DNA of 64,000 nucleotides from Balamuthia mandrillaris (Eukaryota), in the NCBI GenBank assembly GCA_031835245.2, contig JAVKOQ020000058.1:124001-188000 (forward strand). The letters are read 5' to 3'. The translations under genes and the position numbers were made by a program. Under the pieces are notes generated by a model that was not told the DNA's origin, searched no databases, and saw only the letters and a list, made by a program, of their open reading frames with translations. Positions 10,937 to 23,200 of the stretch are shown piece after piece; the stretch's first letter is position 1; each line of letters opens with the position of its first letter.

Positions 10937-11080
10937 CTTTTCTGTAATCTCAGCCTCCGAGTTCAGCTTCCAGCATTCCACCCGCGCCACCCCATCCAAA
11001 ACCTTTTGCTCAATGTCGGCCTCATCCAGAAAGTCCAACATGACGACCAAGGGCAACGACGAAGGGCCTGCTGCTTCCAT
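9256..11080 (-). CDS. CtBP-like D-isomer-specific 2-hydroxyacid dehydrogenase (multi-exon)
   Basis: VIVRIGAGFDSVDL, NVPDYGVEEVADSAM, IIGLGKIG, SLHC, FLVNTARGGLIEE, AALDV, PNLIITPHTAFYS...NCVNK. Confidence 0.85.
10107..10322. repeat. Intronic (AAG)n followed by (AAGAAC)n microsatellite
   Basis: Directly visible; lies in an intron of the CtBP-like gene. Confidence 0.95.
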
Positions 11081-11420
11081 CTTCTTCTTCTTCTAATTTG
11101 TTCTGGGAACGTTACCGTCGGGACGTCATGAAAGGAGGAAAGGTGAGGGGTCCCCCAAATCATCACAAAAAGGCAAACAAAAAACGCCTCTTCGTCCAAC
11201 AACGGACACGATATACATAAATCTGTTTTTTTTTTTTTTTTTGGTGTTTTGGTTGTGGCATTGAGGGAAGGGTTTTTTCCACGATCGGTACCAAAGGGCT
11301 GACCAGCACGGGAGATTGGAAACAGGGCAAACATACCATAAGGAACGGAATAAAAGCAACAGAAAAGAGGGCAGGAGTTTCAGTTGAAGCTAAGAGAGGA
11401 GACCGATTCATCAACAGAAA

Positions 11421-13762
11421 ATGGAGGGCGGTCTCTCAGAGTTCCAATTGAAGATGAACGCGGCAAGGCAAAGGGCGGCCTCGGATGCCTCGGCCGGAAG
11501 ATCAGCAGATGGCGGAGGGGAATCAAGGCCAAGGGGAGGAGGAAGTCCAGGCTCTTCCCTATCCAGCACTCCGATCCCTATCCAAAACAAACCAGAAAGT
11601 CGACCTCCTACAAACGGCCCTCCGCACCATGGCAACAATACCACATCCAACTCCTCACCTCCTTTTCCCTTGGGTAAAGGTGGTGTAGGAAACAAGGTCT
11701 TTGGATCTCCGTCCCTTCAAAACGGACCTCCACCTCCTCAAACCTCCTCTCCTCATACACAACCTAGAGGGACTGGCCCACCACCTCCCCTTCCGTCTCG
11801 AACTACAGCTCCTCCTGCAGCTGGAGCTCCTGCTCCTGGTCATGAAACAAATCCATTTCTACCTAACGGTGCTAAAGGAGAAGGTACGGGAGGATTGCGA
11901 TCAAAAGCGAAAATGTTTGTGGACCATACTAAACATAACGCCAACAACGGTCCTATTCCCCCTGTACTTGCTTCACGAGAACAAACGCCTCAACTGTCAA
12001 GCTTGGAAAACGAACAAACACAACCAGGACGTCCAAGCAGAGACTCCCTCCCAGACATGCGCCCTCAAAAGCAACCACCAGAACAGCTGAAACGGAAGGC
12101 CTCCGCTCCAGCACCTTCAAGTTCCGTCTCCCTCAAATCGGGGGATGGTGCATTGGCTTTCAACAAGCCCCTAAGCGAACCAGAGTTTGCCATCCTCCCC
12201 TCGAAATCCAAGGCTCAGAAAGACTCGGAACCTCAACCATCGCCTCCGTTGGCGATCTTTGAGCGTACATCAACAGAGACAACGGCTGCCCCTCCACCAG
12301 TACCTGTACGAGATGGGGTTGGTGTAGTGACCTCACCGAACGCTGAATCTGCGGAGCACAAGAATGAGCACCAAGAGACTCTCGATGAAAAACAGGAAGA
12401 GGTTGCCAGCGAAGAAACGGGGCTCACTTCGATGCCTTCTGAGCTGATCAATGAGGACAAGTCCACCGTTGAAGAACTAGGCGTAGAGGCCATGCTAGAA
12501 GTGCCATGGGCGGAGGAATCTCCTCCCCCTCCTAGGAGCTTCTGGGATGATGTTCCCCTAACGCGTGAGCCTACCTTGTCTTGTGTAAGTAGTTTTTCAC
12601 CTTCGACCTTTCCCTCTTCAACAAAGCAAGTATGAACGTTATGTGTTTAAAAAAAAAACAGGTACAAAAACAACGAGCGACCCCAAAGAATGGTTCCAGG
12701 CGTCCTCCTTCCAGGAGCAAGATCCGCAGAACCGGGGAGGCCAAAACAGCTGGAGGACTTGATAGTTCTCTGTTCGACCCTCGTGCCGGGGCCAAGGAGC
12801 GTATCGTCACTCCTGACTTTTCTCACACGTTGATGCTAGAGGAAACATTGCAGGTAGACTCCCCTTCCGTACAGTCACCGGAACATGCACACCGCCGACG
12901 CACCACCTCCACCCGCAGCCCACGAGCCAACATGGTGAACCAACATGGAGGCAGCCCTCTTGCCACGTCCGACCCATCAAGACCTTCTCCTTTGTTGTCT
13001 GGTTTGCCTCGAGCTGGTTCCGCTATCGCTTCAGGAAGCGGAGGAGGAAGCGATTCAGGCAGCATGCTTCGCAGCTCTTTAGGAGGACCAAGGATTGGGC
13101 AGTTGGGTGGAAGCATGATCATGGCCCCTCCTGGAGGTGGCGGCATGCTTCGTTTGGACAAAGCCGCATTGGGAAATGTCAAGCTTAGACATAATACCCA
13201 CACACAGCCAACAGAGCACGGGGGCGACAGAGGAGGGTCCCCAGAGAGCGGCAGCCGGCTCAAATCAGGACTCTCTTCCTCTTCAGCAGCCTTTGCACCA
13301 CAGGCAATGGATGAAGGGGGTAGTCCCACAAGCAATGATAACAGGAAGGTCAGAATGACGGGCAAAGGAGGTTTGCTGACCAAAGTAATGACCGAGGGAC
13401 ATCTGCGATCTCACCGCAGCCGTTCTTCCACATCGCCTGCCCCTGTCAGGTTACCTCCCAAGTCACCCAACGAGGAGAAGAAGGAGAAGCAGAAGGAAAA
13501 GGACACTGAAGTTTCTAGTTCAAGTGATTCGCCAAAGGAAACGAGAAGCTCTCGTTTCTCACCGTCAAGGCTCAGGAAGAGCAAGAACTCAGATGAGAAG
13601 AAATCCGCTGGTAAGGAGAAAAAGTCGAACAAGGAGCAAGCCCTTCCCGAAAACAACAACAGCAACAGCGACAACAAGAACAACACCAATAACAAGGTAG
13701 AAGGTTCTCAGCCCCCTTGGATGAAGGAGGTCAACGCCAGAAAGGGATTGGTAAAGACCTAA
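11421..13762 (+). CDS. Pro/Ser-rich disordered protein, possibly an actin/capping-protein regulator
   Basis: Two long ORFs joined in frame by intron ~12585-12661. Polyproline tracts; junction reads TLSCVQKQRATPKNGSRRPPSR (CPI-like); ALGNVKLRH (WH2-like); C-terminal PPWMKEV. Confidence 0.7.
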
Positions 13763-14346
13763 AGTTTGTAGGCGCAGTGTATAGAGGAGTGCGGCTAGCA
13801 ATACCAGGTTGTGATGTATCAGTTGTTGTAATCTATTAACCGCCCTATATTTACCTTGAAAAGGATATCCAAACCATCAAAAATAAGAGAGAGTTGGGAA
13901 GGAGAGCGAAGCAAACGTGAGTAGCCAGACGAGAAGGGAATATGTGAGCGTCATTGACGGAAAGGGATGCGAAAACACATTAAAAGAGAAGAGCGAAGGT
14001 AAAAAGGGACACTCAGACAGAAGTGGAGAGCAGGGGCCACGAAGAGCTAAGAGGAACGTGACAAACAATTGGCGTCACAAGACAAAACCGATTCCTTACC
14101 TTCACCTTAAATGGAGAAGTTGGTGTCTTTTCAGCAAATAACGTGCTGCTTGACCCGACATCTCATCGACTTTTGATCATATCTATCGGAACCGTGCGGA
14201 GGGTAGTTTCCCTTCGCCTAACCAACTCGTTGAGAAAATATATAAGAAGGACGAGGGTATTAAACTGTCGTTTCTTCCTGCCCTTTTGTGCACAAACAAA
14301 AAAGAAAGAGAAAACAAAGCGGAGCGGCTGCTGCCAGAGACATAGA

Positions 14347-14825
14347 ATGACAGGGAAAGAGGGGAAGAGGAACGCAAAGCTGGATGAGAAGCTGTTGGTC
14401 GTGGCGCAGAGGGGACAGCCAAAGAGGCTGAAAAAGGTGCTGAGCGAGGGAGCCAACCCAGACGCCAGAGAACCGGTCGAGCAGTACACCGCGCTTCACA
14501 TAACTGCTGCTGCAGCTCGCCTTAAATGTTCTACAGTCCTCATCGAAGGAGGTAGCTTTCTTTTTGTTTGTTTCCTTTCTGTGGTGAACTTGGAGCTCAT
14601 CTTCCTTATCTTTGGTTTTTGAAGGGGCGGATGTGAACGCGAGGTCAAAAACGGGACACACGCCGCTCCACATGGCGGTAGGGCACAATCATCACAAGAT
14701 GACTAAACGTTTGCTGAAGCACGGCGCCGACCCCATGCTTTGCACCGACAACGACGAGACCTTGTGTCACCTCGCTGCCGTCACAGACGCCAGGATGATG
14801 AAGCTTCTGCTCAGGAAAGGTTAGG

Positions 14826-14866
<41 letters not shown>

Positions 14867-15184
14867 CAGTTTAAGAATACCTTATTGAAACAACGAACAG
14901 GAGTTCCATTTGACAAAGTGGACAAGCTGGGAAGAACGCCGTTGTCCATCGCAGTGGAGGCAGAGAATACGGACGTGATGCAGGTGCTGTTAAAAAAGGG
15001 GGCGGATCCCAACGGTAAGTCCAAAGACAAGCACGGCCCGCTTCACATTGCCGCCTTGAATGGCAGCATGGAAGCTGTGCAAGCTCTGCTGGAGGCAGGC
15101 GCTGATAAGAACCAAAGAAACGCCGTTGGAAAGAGTCCACGCGACCTTTCCTACGATAACATGCTCACCCAGGCTTTGTCTTGA
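14347..15184 (+). CDS. Ankyrin-repeat protein (3 exons)
   Basis: TALH, TPLHMAV, TLCHLAA, TPLSIAV and GPLHIAA repeats with GAD/GAN turns. Confidence 0.9.
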
Positions 15185-15429
15185 AAGTAATTCTCGTAAG
15201 TGATTATCACTGCATTGGAGACAACCGAGTTCTCTGCTTTAAACTATTTTTTGATGTAGATATAATAAGTCATTTAAACTTCCATAGCAATTACAACGTA
15301 CTTTACTCGGGCGTTCTTCTTCAGAATAGTAACGGCAAGTGAAGAGAACAAGAAAAGACAAGCGACAGGAGAACAAACAAAAGTCAAAGAAAAGAGGAAA
15401 AGAGAAAAAGAAAAAAGAAAAGGAAGAGT

Positions 15430-15539
15430 TTATGTAGAAGAAGGCTTAAGAACTTGATTATACTTCGGCAATGTTTGGTGAAGTATCCGCAAGTGTCGTA
15501 TATGTATAGCTAGATGTGCCTGTTACAAACCAATTTTAA

Positions 15540-15570
<31 letters not shown>

Positions 15571-15772
15571 AGAGAGAAGAGAGAAGCAGAGAAGCAGAGA
15601 AGCAGAGAAGCAGAGAAGCAGAGAAGCAGAGAAGCAGAGAAGCAGAGAAGCAGAGAAGCAGAAAAAGCAGAGAAGCAGAGAAGCAGAGAAGCAGAGAAGC
15701 AGAGAAGCAGAGAAGAGAGAGAAACAGAGAAACAGAGAAGCAGAGAAAGAGAGAAAGAGAAGAGAGAAGAGA

Positions 15773-15811
<39 letters not shown>

Positions 15812-16668
15812 GACGGAGGAATGTGAGAGAGAATGAACAAAAAAATGAAGCTTCAAAGAAGAAAGAAAGTGAACCTCTTTGGCATCTTCAGCTTTCCTTT
15901 GTGCGTTGCGTTCTCCAAAAACAACGGTTCCATCGGAAACGCCGTCATTACTGCCCACGACAACGGCCATGCCTATCGTACAGCCATTACCTATCACACA
16001 TCCTTCTCCCAGTTTTGCTGATGAGGGCACAACAAAAAAGGAATAGTGTCCCTTTGAGCAAACCACAAACGACAAGAAAGAATAAAGAAACGAAAAAAAA
16101 ACCTTTGGCTTCTATAACATTGTTATTTCCAATCCGTTTGGCGTGCACAACTATCAAAAGGGTCAGGTCAGCGAAGGACGAAGAGTGAGCGGAAAGAGAG
16201 GAGAGACCGGGAGAGAAGGGAGCAGAGAAGAGAGAAGAGAAGAGAAGGAGAGGGCATAGAGAAGCCGAGGAGAGGACCGAGAAGAGAGAAGAAGAGAAGA
16301 GAGAACAAGAGGCAAAGAACGAGAGGAGGTACCGGCGCCTATTTCAATGGCGTTGTTGTCTCCAATCTCAAGGGTTTCACCGGTGGTGGAGCGGTTGTGA
16401 ATGCACGCCAGCTCTTCCACGATATTGTTGCTACCAATGTGAATGGGTCCGCCCTCCGCGATGACCCTGCACTTGGGATGGAGGACCGTGCCCTTGCCTA
16501 TCCGTATGTTGCCCTCCAGCACGGCCGTCTTGCAAACCACTGCCGTCGCTGCAATGGAAACATCACCCACACCATATCTTTGGTTTTTTTGTTCGAAAGG
16601 CTGATTAGAATAAGGAGTGAAAAAATGAGGAAGCGAAGGAAGAAGGTGGAAAGAAAACGTTACTCCAT
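15430..16668 (-). CDS. DCTN6: Dynactin subunit 6 (p27), left-handed beta-helix
   Basis: TAVVCKTAVLEGNIRIGKGTVLHPKCRVIAEGGPIHIGSNNIVEE...LEIGDNNAIEIGA. Predicted 5-nt first exon (ATGGA at 16668); last exon HLRILHQTLPKYNQVLKPSST*. Confidence 0.85.
15582..15745. repeat. Intronic octamer tandem repeat (GCAGAGAA)n flanked by (GA)n
   Basis: Directly visible; causes the EAEKQRSR / CFSASLLL spurious ORFs. Confidence 0.9.
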
Positions 16669-16927
16669 ATTTTTTTAAAAAAAACACAACGCTGTGGAAA
16701 GAGAGGAGGATAAGGCGATACTCTCTCTCTATTCTTCTTTCTTATGCTTCAGCCTTCGTTCGATATTTTCCATTTCATTTCCGATATTTTAACTGTTGTC
16801 GGTCCTACCCAATAATCGATGATTATTATGATGCACGATCGACAATTGCAAATTTTATTGGCAAAAAAATAATAGAAAGGGCCACAAAAAAAAGCAAGCA
16901 AGAGAGGGGAAGAACAAAAAACGGAAG

Positions 16928-17884
16928 ATGGGAAGTACGTAGCAGCTCTCCTCCTTCTTCGTTTCGGCATTGATTCATTGTCTATGCTCTCTCTGCCCAT
17001 CACGCTTGCTGGTCGTTCACTCGTTCTTACGTTTTTTAAAAAAAAAAATTGTTTCTCTCTCCACCAAAAATCAACTACCGAAAATCCCCCACCCAAGAGC
17101 AACCAAGCCACACCACGACCGCCATTTTGTCGGCTCTGTTGTTCGTGCTGACCCTCTCTGCGTTGAGCTTGTGGGCTCCGGTGCTGGCCTCCACGGAGCG
17201 TCTCACCATCGTGGGTGGTTTCATCAGTTCGCTTCTGTTCTTCTTTGCCCTGTTGGTGCGTCACTTTTTTAAAAATACTTTTATTTTTTTTCTCATTAAT
17301 CGATTGGTGTCAGACAATTGGCAATCTTGAGAACGAAACTGGTTGGATTGAAGGTAAGAAAGACGAGACTGCTTGCTCCTCTCATCTAATCTTCTGCAAC
17401 ACGTAAAATAGTGTTCTTGTGCGAAGCTGTTGCTTTGGTAGCTGCCGCCACTGTGCACCGTGTTTGTGTTACTACTTGGTATGTGGGAACGCTTTGTTTC
17501 TTCTTTTTTCTCTTTTGCTCTGCTTCCCTTCTCTGTTGCTCTTCTCTCTCTCCCTCCCCCTCCCCCTCCCTCTCTCTCCCTCTACCTCTCCTTCTCGACT
17601 TCGCCTCTTCTCGGCTGCAAAGAAGTTTCTCTCTTCTCCTCTGCTATTTCCTTCTTGTCTTTCTCGACAGAACCACCCGATGTAGCCACATTGCTGCATG
17701 CACATTTCCTGTCTGGAATAGCTAAGTCGCCGCACAGGCAAAACATTGCTAACAACACCGCTTCTCTCTCTCTCTCAAAAGCTTCCTCTTCTCCGTTGGT
17801 CTTCTCTACATGACAAACAAGGCCTCACAGAGCATCAACCGTCAGCCTGTTGTGGTTTCTAAGAAGGGCTCTTCTCGCAAGTAA
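16928..17884 (+). CDS. KRTCAP2: Oligosaccharyltransferase subunit KCP2 (keratinocyte-associated protein 2 family)
   Basis: Spliced product LASTERLTIVGGFISSLLFFFALLTIGNLE...VHRVCVTTCFLFSVGLLYMTNKASQ...KKGSSRK*. The first exon boundary is uncertain. Confidence 0.85.
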
Positions 17885-18378
17885 ATGCCTTTGAAGCTGG
17901 AACAATGATTTTTTGGAAAAAAAAAGAAAGAGTTCTTTCTTATGCCTCTACTATTTCTCTCTCTCTCTCTCTCTCTCTCTATTGAGAAGTTTTGGGAGAT
18001 TTGCGCAAGGGTTAAAGCAAGCCTGCAACGAGAAGCGAGGGAGCGAAACAGAGAACGAGAGAGAAAGAGAGACAAAGATCAGCAAAGCGGGAGAGCACGA
18101 GCGAAGAGAAGAGCAAGGAGAGGAGAGAAACCATGAGAATGAAATTTCTTCGTTCCTTGGCTTCGTTGCGATTGGACGCCTGCAATTATCCGAGCGTTTC
18201 TGTTCTCCCATTGGGTAGAGATATTCCCCGAAGAGACAGGGGTTGACGCCATGGCCGCCTTTTCGTCAGAGAAAGGCAAGTTATAGGTGCCTTAAATAGG
18301 GTTTGACGAACCAAAACCCCACTCTCTCCAGTTCTTCTTTTTTCAACAAACAACACTCCAACCACAACAACACACACA

Positions 18379-19061
18379 ATGCAAAGCGAAACCCCCCTGA
18401 AGCTCTACTACTTTGGCATCAAGGCCAGGGCACACCTGCCCCTCCTGGTCTGCGAGTATGCCGGCCTGAACTACCAGTGGGTCACCGACTTTGACTGGGC
18501 CACCATGAAGCCCACCACCCCCTTTGGTCAGCTCCCATACTTGGTGGATGGGGACGTAAGTTTGGCTCAGAGCATGGCCATTGCTCGCTACCTTGCCAAG
18601 AAGGCCGGCTTGCAGGGCACCACGGACGCTGACTATGCCATGTCTGAACAGTAAGTAGTGAGCGACTGGCCTCCTTTATTGCATTCTTTCTCTTTCTCAA
18701 TACTGAACTGCTTCCTTTTTCAACAAGACTCATCGAGGAGCAAAACGACATCTACTCCATCTTGGCCAAGGCCAACAACGCTCAAAACAAGCATGAGGCC
18801 TACGATCAGGCCCTCACTGTGGATATCCCCAAGCACCTCGACCTCCTGGAGAAGCTGCTGGGTGAGAGCGAGTACTTTGCCTCCACCGTGACCACCGGTG
18901 ACTTGGCCCTCTTCTCCGTCTTCAACATCATCCTGGACTTTGACTCCAAGGCCTTCGACAACTATCCCAAGCTCAAGGGCTTCTACGACCGCCTGTCTGG
19001 ACACTCTGGCGTGAAGAGGTTCTTGGAGCTTCCCATGCGCCAATACTTGAAGCGCGACTAA
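18379..19061 (+). CDS. Glutathione S-transferase (sigma-like), one intron
   Basis: KLYYFGIKARA, TPFGQLPYL, QSMAIARYLAKKAGLQG, TTGDLALF, YPKLKGFYDR. Confidence 0.92.
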
Positions 19062-19368
19062 AGCCCACATCAAACAAACATAACTTGGTTTCGTGAGGGT
19101 GTTTGCTTTGTAGTACTCTCTGAGATAGCTTCAGAAGGAAGTGTTCAGGGAGCCGAAGAATAAACAGACCCCCTTTGTTTTCCCCATGAGCTTCTCGTTC
19201 TTTCTCCCTCCTTGTTTTCCTTCATTCACCCGCTTTGAATTTGTCGATAACTATTCGATGCCGTCGAAAATTATTTCCGCTTTGGTGAATTATTAACCGC
19301 TGTCCGATAAAAAGTAAAAAGAGGGAGAAAGAGTAGCAACAAAGAAGAAAAACAAAACAAGGAGGAGG

Positions 19369-19590
19369 ATGGGCTGGCTGCGAATTAACCGAGACCTGGA
19401 GGAGGTGGGCCACTACCGCGAGAACACGCACAAGTACTACCGCATCACTCCGCGCACGGCCTACCACGCGTTCATCTTCTTGTTCCTCATCCCTGTGGGT
19501 CTTTACGCGGGAGCCCGGGCCAGCTGCATCAAGGGCGACAAGCGCAGCTCCACTCGTCTTATTACCGCACGACCGAGGACCTACCCCTGA
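19369..19590 (+). CDS. Probable complex I accessory subunit NDUFB4 (B15)-like
   Basis: 73 aa; RENTHKYYRITPRTA followed by one TM helix (FIFLFLIPVGLY) matches the B15 pattern. Confidence 0.7.
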   Translation: MGWLRINRDLEEVGHYRENTHKYYRITPRTAYHAFIFLFLIPVGLYAGARASCIKGDKRSSTRLITARPRTYP

Positions 19591-19954
19591 ATACAAAACC
19601 AAAAAACTAGTTTATTCTCTCCCAGCTCCTCTTCACTATTTTTTCTTCATCATCATCAACATTGTGGAAAAAAAAAGCTTGTCAACAAACACAAATCTCT
19701 CTCTTCCTCCCTTTTTTTTTTCAAAAGAATGATTTTGGAGTGCATTATTTTAACCTAGAGTTTGCGCCAAACATTTTTCTCTCTCTCTCTCTCTCTGTTC
19801 TGTTGTGGTTGTGGTTGTTGTTGTTGGTGAGGCAGAAGAAGGATGGTTTGGGGGAGAATTATTTCCCTCCGCTTCCAATGGATAGATTCTTTGTGGTGTG
19901 GCAAAAAGGGAGGAAAGGAACAAAAAAAAAGTAGAAGCAAGCAACGATCTGTCT

Positions 19955-20056
19955 TTACTTGGCGGGAGTTATCACGTAGTGATAAAACACGATCAGCAAG
20001 AAGATAGAACAGCCCAGCAGGTTGGCCAGCACGCCCAATTCCACATCCGTGAACAT
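19955..20056 (-). CDS. OST4: Oligosaccharyltransferase subunit OST4 (33 aa, absent from the ORF track)
   Basis: MFTDVELGVLANLLGCSIFLLIVFYHYVITPAK* matches the OST4 consensus M-x-T-D-x-x-L...AN-x-LG...LIV-x-YHYV. Confidence 0.92.
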   Translation of the reverse strand: MFTDVELGVLANLLGCSIFLLIVFYHYVITPAK

Positions 20057-20244
20057 TGTTTTGGTTTGGATTCTGAATGTGTGTGAGAAAGATAGAGGGG
20101 CGAGAGAAAAAGAAGAAAAAAGAGTGGCCCTTTACCTAGCTTGTCCTTGCGACAACACAAGCGATAAAGAGACAGCGCCACACACGAGAAGAAGGGAAAG
20201 CGGTACTAGTGGTAGACCAAGGTGCGCCGCTGTGCGAGATCTTG

Positions 20245-23200
20245 CCTTCTCTGTAGGCCTCTCAGCTGACATCGCCCAGGACCTCCATGTGGGAGGGGAT
20301 ACCTCCATCGAGGGCGACACCACCGTCGACCAGGATCTCACCGTGGGTGGGGATGCCTCCATCGAGGGAGATGCCACCGTGGATCAGGACCTCACCGTGG
20401 GAGGGGATGCCTCCGTGGAAGGAGACACCACCACCGACGGCCATTTGTCTGTTGGCCTCTCAGCTGACATCGCCCAGGACCTCCATGTGGGAGGGGATAC
20501 CTCCATCGAAGGAGACGCTACTGTTGATCAAAATCTCACTGTGGGAGGGGATGCTTCCATCGAAGGAGATGCCACCGTGGATCAGAACCTCACTGTGGGT
20601 GGCGATGCCTCCATTGAGGGAGATGCCACCGTGGACCAAGATTTGACAGTGGGAGGGGATGCCTCTGTGGAAGGAGACACCACCATTGATGGCCATTTAT
20701 CTGTTGACTTGTCTGCTGACATCGCCCAGGACCTCCATGTAGGAGGGGACACCTCCATCGTGGGCGACACCACCGTTGATCAGAACCTCACCGTGGGAGG
20801 GGATGCTTCCATCGAGGGAGATGCCACTGTGGATCAGGACCTCACCGTGGGAGGAGATGCCTCTGTGGAAGGAGACACCACCATCGACGGCCATTTATCT
20901 GTTGGCTTGTCTGCTGACATCGCCCAGGACCTCCATGTGGGAGGGGATACCTCCATCGAGGGTGACACCACCGTTGATCAGAACCTCACCGTGGGAGGGG
21001 ATGCCTCCATCGAAGGAGATGCCACTGTGGATCAGGACCTCACCGTGGGAGGAGATGCCTCTGTGGAAGGAGACACCACCATCGGTGGCCACCTGTCTGT
21101 TGGTTTGTCTGCTGACATCGCCCAGGACCTCCATGTGGGAGGGGATACTTCCATCGAGGGCGACACCACCGTTGATCAGAACCTCACCGTGGGAGGGGAT
21201 GCCTCCATCGAGGGCGATGCCACTGTTGATCAGAACCTCACTGTGGGAGGGGATACCTCCATCGAGGGTGACACCACCGTTGATCAAAATCTCACTGTGG
21301 GAGGAGATGCTTCCATCGAGGGAGATGCCACTGTGGATGTAGATCTATCCGTGGGAGGGGATGCTTCTGTGGATGGAGACACCACCATCGATGGCCATTT
21401 GTCTGTTGGCTTGTCTGCTGACATCGCCCAGGACCTCCATGTCGGCGGAGACACCTCCATCGAAGGTGACACCACTGTTGATCAAAATCTCACCGTGGGA
21501 GGAGATACCTCAATCGAAGGAGATGCCACTGTGGATCAGGACCTCACCGTGGGAGGGGATGCATCCGTGGAAGGAGACACCACCATAGATGGCCATTTGT
21601 CTGTCGGCCTTTCCGCTGACATCGCCCAGGACCTCCATGTGGGAGGGGATACCTCCATCGAGGGCGACACCACCGTCGACCAGAACCTCACTGTGGGAGG
21701 GGATGCCTCCATCGAAGGAGATGCCACTGTGGACTCGGACTTGACAGTGGGAGGGGATGCCTCTGTGGAAGGAGACACCACCATTGATGGCCATTTGTCT
21801 GTTGGCTTGTCTGCTGACATCGCCCAGGACCTCCATGTGGGAGGGGACACCTCCATCGAGGGCGACACCACCGTTGACCAAAACCTCACTGTGGGAGGGG
21901 ATGCTTCCATCGAAGGAGATGCCACTGTTGATCAGGACCTCACCGTGGGAGGGGATGCATCCATCGAGGGAGATGCCACCGTGGATCAGGACCTCACCGT
22001 GGGAGGAGATGCCTCTGTGGAAGGAGACACCACCATCGATGGCCACCTGTCTGTTGGTTTGTCTGCTGACATCGCCCAGGACCTTCATGTGGGAGGGGAT
22101 ACTTCCATCGAGGGCGACACCACCGTGGACCATTACCTCACTGTTGGAGGGGATGCTTCCATCGAAGGAGATGCCACCGTGGACGAGGACCTGTTTGTGG
22201 GAGGAGAGGCAACCATCGAGGGAGACACCACCATTGAAGGCTACTTGTCTGTTGGTCTCTCTGCTGACATTGCTGACGATCTCACCGTGGGAGGGGACAC
22301 TTCCATGGAAGGAGATGCCACCGTTGACCAGAACCTCACTGTGGGAGGGGATGCATCCATCGAAGGAGATGCCACCGTGGATCAAAATCTCACCGTGGGA
22401 GGGGATGCCTCTGTGGAAGGAGACACCACCATCGACGGCCATTTATCTGTTGGCTTGTCAGCTGACATCGCCCAGGACCTCCATGTGGGAGGGGATACCT
22501 CCATCGAGGGTGACACCACCGTTGATCAGAACCTCACCGTGGGAGGGGATGCTTCCATCGAGGGAGATGCCACCGTGGATCAGGACCTCACCGTGGGAGG
22601 GGATGCCTCTGTGGAAGGAGACACCACCATCGATGGCCACCTGTCTGTTGGTTTGTCTGCTGACATCGCCCAGGACCTCCATGTGGGAGGGGACACCTCC
22701 ATCGAGGGTGACACCACCGTTGATCAGAACATCACTGTGGGAGGGGATGCTTCCATCGAGGGAGATGCCACTGTTGATCAGGATCTGACAGTGGGAGGGG
22801 ATGCCTCTGTGGAAGGAGACACCACCATCGACGGCCACCTGTCCGTTGGTTTGTCAGCTGACATCGCCCAGGACCTCCATGTGGGAGGGGATACCTCCAT
22901 CGAAGGAGATGCCACTGTGGATCAAGACCTCACCGTGGGAGGGGATGCTTCCATCGAGGGAGATGCCACCGTGGACGAAGACCTGTTTGTGGGAGGAGAG
23001 GCAACCATCGAGGGAGACACTACCATTGAAGGTTACTTGTCTGTTGGTCTCTCTGCTGACATTGCTGACGATCTCCTCGTGGGAGGGGACACTTCCATGG
23101 AAGGAGATGCCACCGTTGACCAGAACCTCACTGTGGGAGGGGATGCCTCCATCGAAGGAGATGCCACTGTGGACTTGGACTTGACAGTGGGAGGGGATGC

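Noticed and set aside
20022..20244. N-terminal 75 aa of the 1705-aa ORF
   Set aside because: It starts at TTG, overlaps OST4 antisense and its promoter, and looks non-coding.
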